Positions 60,841-64,000 of a stretch of DNA of 64,000 nt are shown here, one piece after another (position 1 is the first letter of the stretch; every line of letters starts with the position of its first letter). A program made the position numbers and the translations under genes. The DNA is from Anaeramoeba ignava BMAN. Taxonomy: Eukaryota; Protista; Anaeramoebae. The notes under the pieces were generated by a model. That model was not told where the DNA came from and did not search any database. It saw only the letters and a program-made list of their open reading frames with translations. The DNA lies in NCBI GenBank assembly GCA_028826165.1, contig JAPDFW010000022.1:124001-188000 (forward strand). Direction: 5' to 3'.

Positions 60841-62599
60841 TTAATTTTGATTATTAAATTTGTTAATTAATAAATCAAATAAATTTGGATTTGTTTGATT
60901 TATTTGAAAATAATCAATTCCAATTTCAATTTCATTAATTATTTCTTGTGTAATTTCAATTTCATCTTTAATTTGATTTGAATAAATCCAATATTCAAAT
61001 ATTTGAAATGATTTATTACTTAATTCACTATAATCTGTAACTTTATTAGATTTATCTTCAGTTACAGATAAAAACATTCCTCGATATAATTCACTTCTCA
61101 TTATTAATATTAATTTTGGAAATTTATATTGTTTTTCTTTTCTTTCAATAATAAAATCTTTTTCATTTTCATTTAAATAAATTCTTTTCATTGTTTCTTC
61201 AATTTTTTCATTTGAATTTATAATTTCTTTAATTTCAGAATATAATTTTGGATTTATTTTGGAATTGTTTGAATAAATCATTTCAAATATTTGATTTGAT
61301 TCTTTAATTGATTTTTTTGAAATAATTTCTTGAAGTTTTTCATTTTGATTTTCATTTTGATTTAATCTATATTTTAATATTAATTTATGAGCTTCAATTA
61401 TTTCTCCATTTTTGGTTTTAAATGAAATATTGCAAAATTCTTTTCTTCTAAATAATTTTATCAAATCTTCTTCAAGATTGGAAAAAGAAGGATAAGAATA
61501 ATAAAGAAATGATTTGTTATATCCACAAGAAATATGATAATTAGAAATATCTTCATTAAATCTTAATTTAGGAAGTTCAATTTGAATTGGAATTAATTGT
61601 TCATTTGTATCTCCAGTTCCTAATTGGCCAAAATAATTATCTCCAAATACTATCAATTTTGAATTAGAAGTTAAAACTAAAGTATGATTATCACCAACAG
61701 AAAAATCAAGAATATCATCATCATTTTCAAATAAAGATGATTTGATTTCAGTAAATTCATAAGTATCTTCTTCATCTTCGCCAAGTCCATTAAACTGATA
61801 ATTTCCACATGAATAAAGTTTTCTTTTTGGATTTTCATTTTGATTTTCAATCAACATTATTGAATGAAACACTCCACATTGAATATCAATTATTTTGCCT
61901 TTTGGAATATTTTGGATTTTGGTTAGTTTTTGGATTTTGGTTTCTTCTTTTCTTGATTCTCCTAATCCAAGTTGACCAGAAACATTTCCACCACATCCAA
62001 ATAATTCTTGATTTGAATTTAAAAGAAAAACATGATATGAATCATTTCCTGAAAATATTTTAGAAACATTTTCTCATCATTAAAATTGGTTTTTTTGTTT
62101 TTTTAAGTGTTTTAGAATCAAAACCAAGTTGACGATCTTCATTTGAACCAATTCCATAAGCGTTTTTATTTGAAGTTAATAAGTAAATTGAACTATCTCC
62201 AGAAACAATATCTTGAATTATTTTATCATTTGAATCTTCAATTAATGATGAAATATTGATAAATTCATTTGGATTTTTTGGATTAATATCTTTTCCTTTG
62301 GCAAATACATTTCCTTCTATTGTTAAAATAGCTTCATTTTTAAAACCAGCAGTTACTTTTTGAATATTTTCAATTTGAATTTTTGAAGGATTTTGATTTG
62401 AATTTTGGAGATATTCTATTGTTTTTCCATTTTTAAAAAGGAAAATTGTTGAAAAACAACCTGTTGAAATTTGTTTAATTTGTTTTTCATTTTCATTTTC
62501 ATTTTCAAATTTAAATTGAATTGGTTTTGTTATTTCATTTGGTTCATTTTTGATAAGTTTTGATTCTTGATTTAAACCAAAAAATATAATTTCATTCAT
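60841..62599 (-). CDS. RCC1-repeat + BTB protein (copy 3; 1-nt frameshift near 62072)
   Basis: ORF 62060..62599 plus the frame continuing into 60841..61872 aligns end to end with copy 2. Confidence 0.85.
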
Positions 62600-62640
62600 T
62601 TTTGAAAAGAAAAAAAATGAAAAAATGAATTTTTGGATTT

Positions 62641-63445
62641 TTATTCTTTTTTTTCTTTTTGTTCTTTTTGTTCTTTTTTAATAAAAATAAATTGATAAAT
62701 TGATAAACAAAATCCAAAAATCAAAACTAAAAATGAAATTAAAAACCAAATTAAAATAATTGTAATATTCATTATTGTTGGAAATGGAAAATGAGAAACA
62801 AAATAATTATATTTTTGATTTAAAGAAAATGAATTTTCTTCAATTTCAAAAGTAACAAATCCTCCTCCAAAATCTCCAAGAATAGATCTTAAAGTATATT
62901 CAAAAATATAATTATTTTCATTATTTTTTTCATGTTTATAAATACATCCATAATGATCATGTCCAGTAAAAATTAATTTGGGTTTGATTTTTTCAAGAAT
63001 AAATTTAGAATTTTCTTCTGAAAGTAAATTTTGTTCAACAACTGCATTTTTAGATATTATAGATTCAAATTGATCAAGAGCTGAATCTCCTGAACAACTT
63101 CCTTTTGGTTTATAAAGTGGAATATGCATAAATAAAATGATTGGTTTTTCATTCGTAACTTCACTTAATTTCAAAACAAAATCCCAAGTTTTTGATTTTT
63201 CAATTTCATTTAATGAACCATCTAATGGAATATTATTTAGAAAAGCAAAAATATGATTTGATTCATTCATTTCAATGTTTAATTTATTAAAATTTTTTTC
63301 AAATCTTTCAATAATAAATGGAACACATTCAATTCCATATCCAATATCATGATTTCCAGCCATTGTTATTAATTCTATTGATTTATTTTTTTGAATCAAT
63401 TCGAAAATATTATTAAATCTTTCAATTCTTTGATTGAATTTGTAA
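62641..63445 (-). CDS. Calcineurin-like metallophosphoesterase, MPPE1/Cdc1/Ted1-like, C-terminal TM helix (5' part not found)
   Basis: FNQRIERFNNIF..AGNHDIG, FMHIPL, IFTGHDH, C-terminal hydrophobic helix and KKE tail. The N-terminal DxH and GD motifs are not found upstream. Confidence 0.75.
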
Positions 63446-63766
63446 TCATCTTTATCAGAATTTCTATTAAGTATTTCAAATGTTTCTATTTTTTTTACAT
63501 TTCTCTTTTATAATTAATCCAAGTATAATTTTTGCTAATTTAATTCTTAAATTAGATTAAAAAGTAAAAAAAGAAGTTTGAAAAGAAGTGTTTGATCAAA
63601 TTTAATCATTTCAAAAAAAAAAGAAGAAGAAGAAGAAGAAGGTATTTGAAAAAAAAAGAAAAAAAGAAAAAGAAAAATTTCGACTTTTGTCAATTGAAGG
63701 CAAAAAAAAAAATTGAAGGCAAAAAAACAACAAAAAGCAAACAAATTGAGACACAAAACAAAACAA

Positions 63767-64000
63767 TCATTTTTTAGCATTTTGGTCTAAATTTTTAACT
63801 GGATTCTTTTCATCCAACAAACGAAAAAGCATTTTCCCTCTTTTATATTTAGTATCATTAATATATCCCATATTGTTCATGAAAGAAGTGATGCTTCTTC
63901 TAACATTTTTCTTCTTTTGGTTTGTGTGATTTTCACAAAAATCAAAAAGTTTATCTTTAATAACAACTTTAAGTGGCTTTTTCGTTTGGATTTTTTTCAT
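63767..64000 (-). CDS. 3' part of a hypothetical protein running off the window edge
   Basis: Open 77-codon frame of non-repetitive, higher-GC composition reaching position 64000. Confidence 0.4.
   Translation of the reverse strand: MKKIQTKKPLKVVIKDKLFDFCENHTNQKKKNVRRSITSFMNNMGYINDTKYKRGKMLFRLLDEKNPVKNLDQNAKK

Overview
Very AT-rich, intron-containing eukaryotic (protist) genomic DNA using the standard genetic code and GT-AG introns. The NQ/NE low-complexity tracts, expanded RCC1-BTB and BTB-TLDc families and TCATTT elements upstream of start codons resemble a free-living metamonad such as Anaeramoeba (inference only). About 24 genes or gene fragments are recognisable: PAS-RGS-DUF547, two RasGEFs, RagC/D, ankyrin-BTB, LRR-PP2C, Xaa-Pro aminopeptidase, three RCC1-BTB plus a fragment, two BTB-BACK-TLDc, MED7, bZIP, PAQR, GRIPAP1-like, two Rabs, UBL5/Hub1, an SNM1 beta-CASP nuclease and an MPPE1-like phosphoesterase. 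The main discovery, invisible in the ORF track, is a system of 3-nt micro-exons in two BTB-domain genes. (1) In the ankyrin-BTB gene (14754-18512 +), each of nine repeat junctions has exactly three short introns enclosing two single-codon exons (18 in total). These encode the two variable beta-hairpin residues of each ankyrin repeat. (2) In a BTB-TLDc gene (32018-35235 -), the apparent 1.7-kb satellite intron is a tandem array of ten near-identical introns separated by nine AG-NNN-GT micro-exons, which extend a TLDc loop in frame with no stop in any combination. Together with RCC1-BTB paralogs that vary in patches, this suggests a diversified repertoire of Cullin-3-type substrate adaptors. Many single-base frameshifts lie in homopolymers and are probably assembly errors.
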